Shown: piece after piece, positions 63,390 through 64,000 of the stretch | Layout: each line of letters begins with the position of its first letter | Numbering within the stretch: position 1 is the first letter of the stretch | NCBI RefSeq assembly: GCF_004010195.1 | Contig: NC_057718.1 | Coordinates: 34,995,376-35,059,375, forward strand | Reading direction: 5' to 3' | From: Chiloscyllium plagiosum | Lineage: Eukaryota | Length of the DNA stretch: 64,000 bases | Made by a program: the position numbers and the translations under genes | Notes under the pieces: generated by a model | The model's input: only the letters and a program-made list of their open reading frames with translations | Told to the model about the DNA's origin: nothing | The model's database searches: none

Positions 63390-64000
63390 TGGACTGAGTG
63401 AGCATCATTAAAGATGGCACAACAGGTGGAGATAGTGGTTCATAAAGCATACAATTTTCTTGGTGTTATTAATAGAGACAGAATACATGAGTTGGGAGGT
63501 TGCTGAATCTGATAAAGAAACTTAGTTAGATCACAGCTTAAGTATTGTGTTTAATTATGGGCTCCACACTTTGAAAAGGGTGTGAAGGGTTTGAAGAGAA
63601 AACAGGAAAGGATTTTGACAATGGATCCAGATACAAGAAACTTCAGTTAAGAAGGTAGATTTAAAAAGCTTGGGCTATTTTTCTTGTTGCTGAAAAGGTT
63701 CCGTTTTCAAAATCATGAGAGGCCTGGCGAGAGAAGTCAAGGGCAAAATGACTCCATTTGTGATGCATCAATGACAAGAGGTCACAGATTTAAAGTGACT
63801 TACAAAAAAAGTCAATGTAACATGAGAAGAATTTTTCTTGCATTTTTTTCAGTCATTAGAGGAAGGAAAGGAGGCCTGGAAATATAATAGAGGTCAATCA
63901 GGTTCAATCAAGGCATTCAAAAGAGCATGAGATGATGAGTTAGATAGAAACATTGAGCAAGACAGAAAAGTGGACAATGACACACAGGCATGATGCTCAT
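63390..64000 (+). mobile_element. Highly decayed CR1 C-terminal region
   Basis: attaatagagacagaatac...agtattgtgt...; MTRGHRFKV. Confidence 0.6.

Overview
Eukaryotic (vertebrate) non-coding DNA from a cartilaginous fish. HE1-type V-SINEs, their partner CR1/HER1-like LINEs, DeuSINEs and Penelope-like elements (PLEs) point to a shark, plausibly a carpet/bamboo shark (inference). I found no intact host gene, rRNA, tRNA gene or CRISPR array; almost all listed ORFs are transposon fragments or antisense shadows. The window is a layered transposon graveyard (CR1, RTE, Gypsy, hAT/Charlie, Harbinger, solo-LTR candidates) with a 631-N gap. Most interesting: (1) minimal hammerhead-ribozyme motifs in several PLE terminal-repeat families, some core-intact, including tiny 90-170 bp units with 9-17 bp target duplications; (2) a 3.7 kb CR1 with a clean twin-priming-like 5' inversion; (3) a decayed ~1.5 kb coiled-coil reading frame of unknown origin; (4) several local inverted duplications; (5) a hAT deletion derivative that is a horizontal-transfer candidate. 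Boundaries of old repeats are approximate, and family names come from recall, not database searches.
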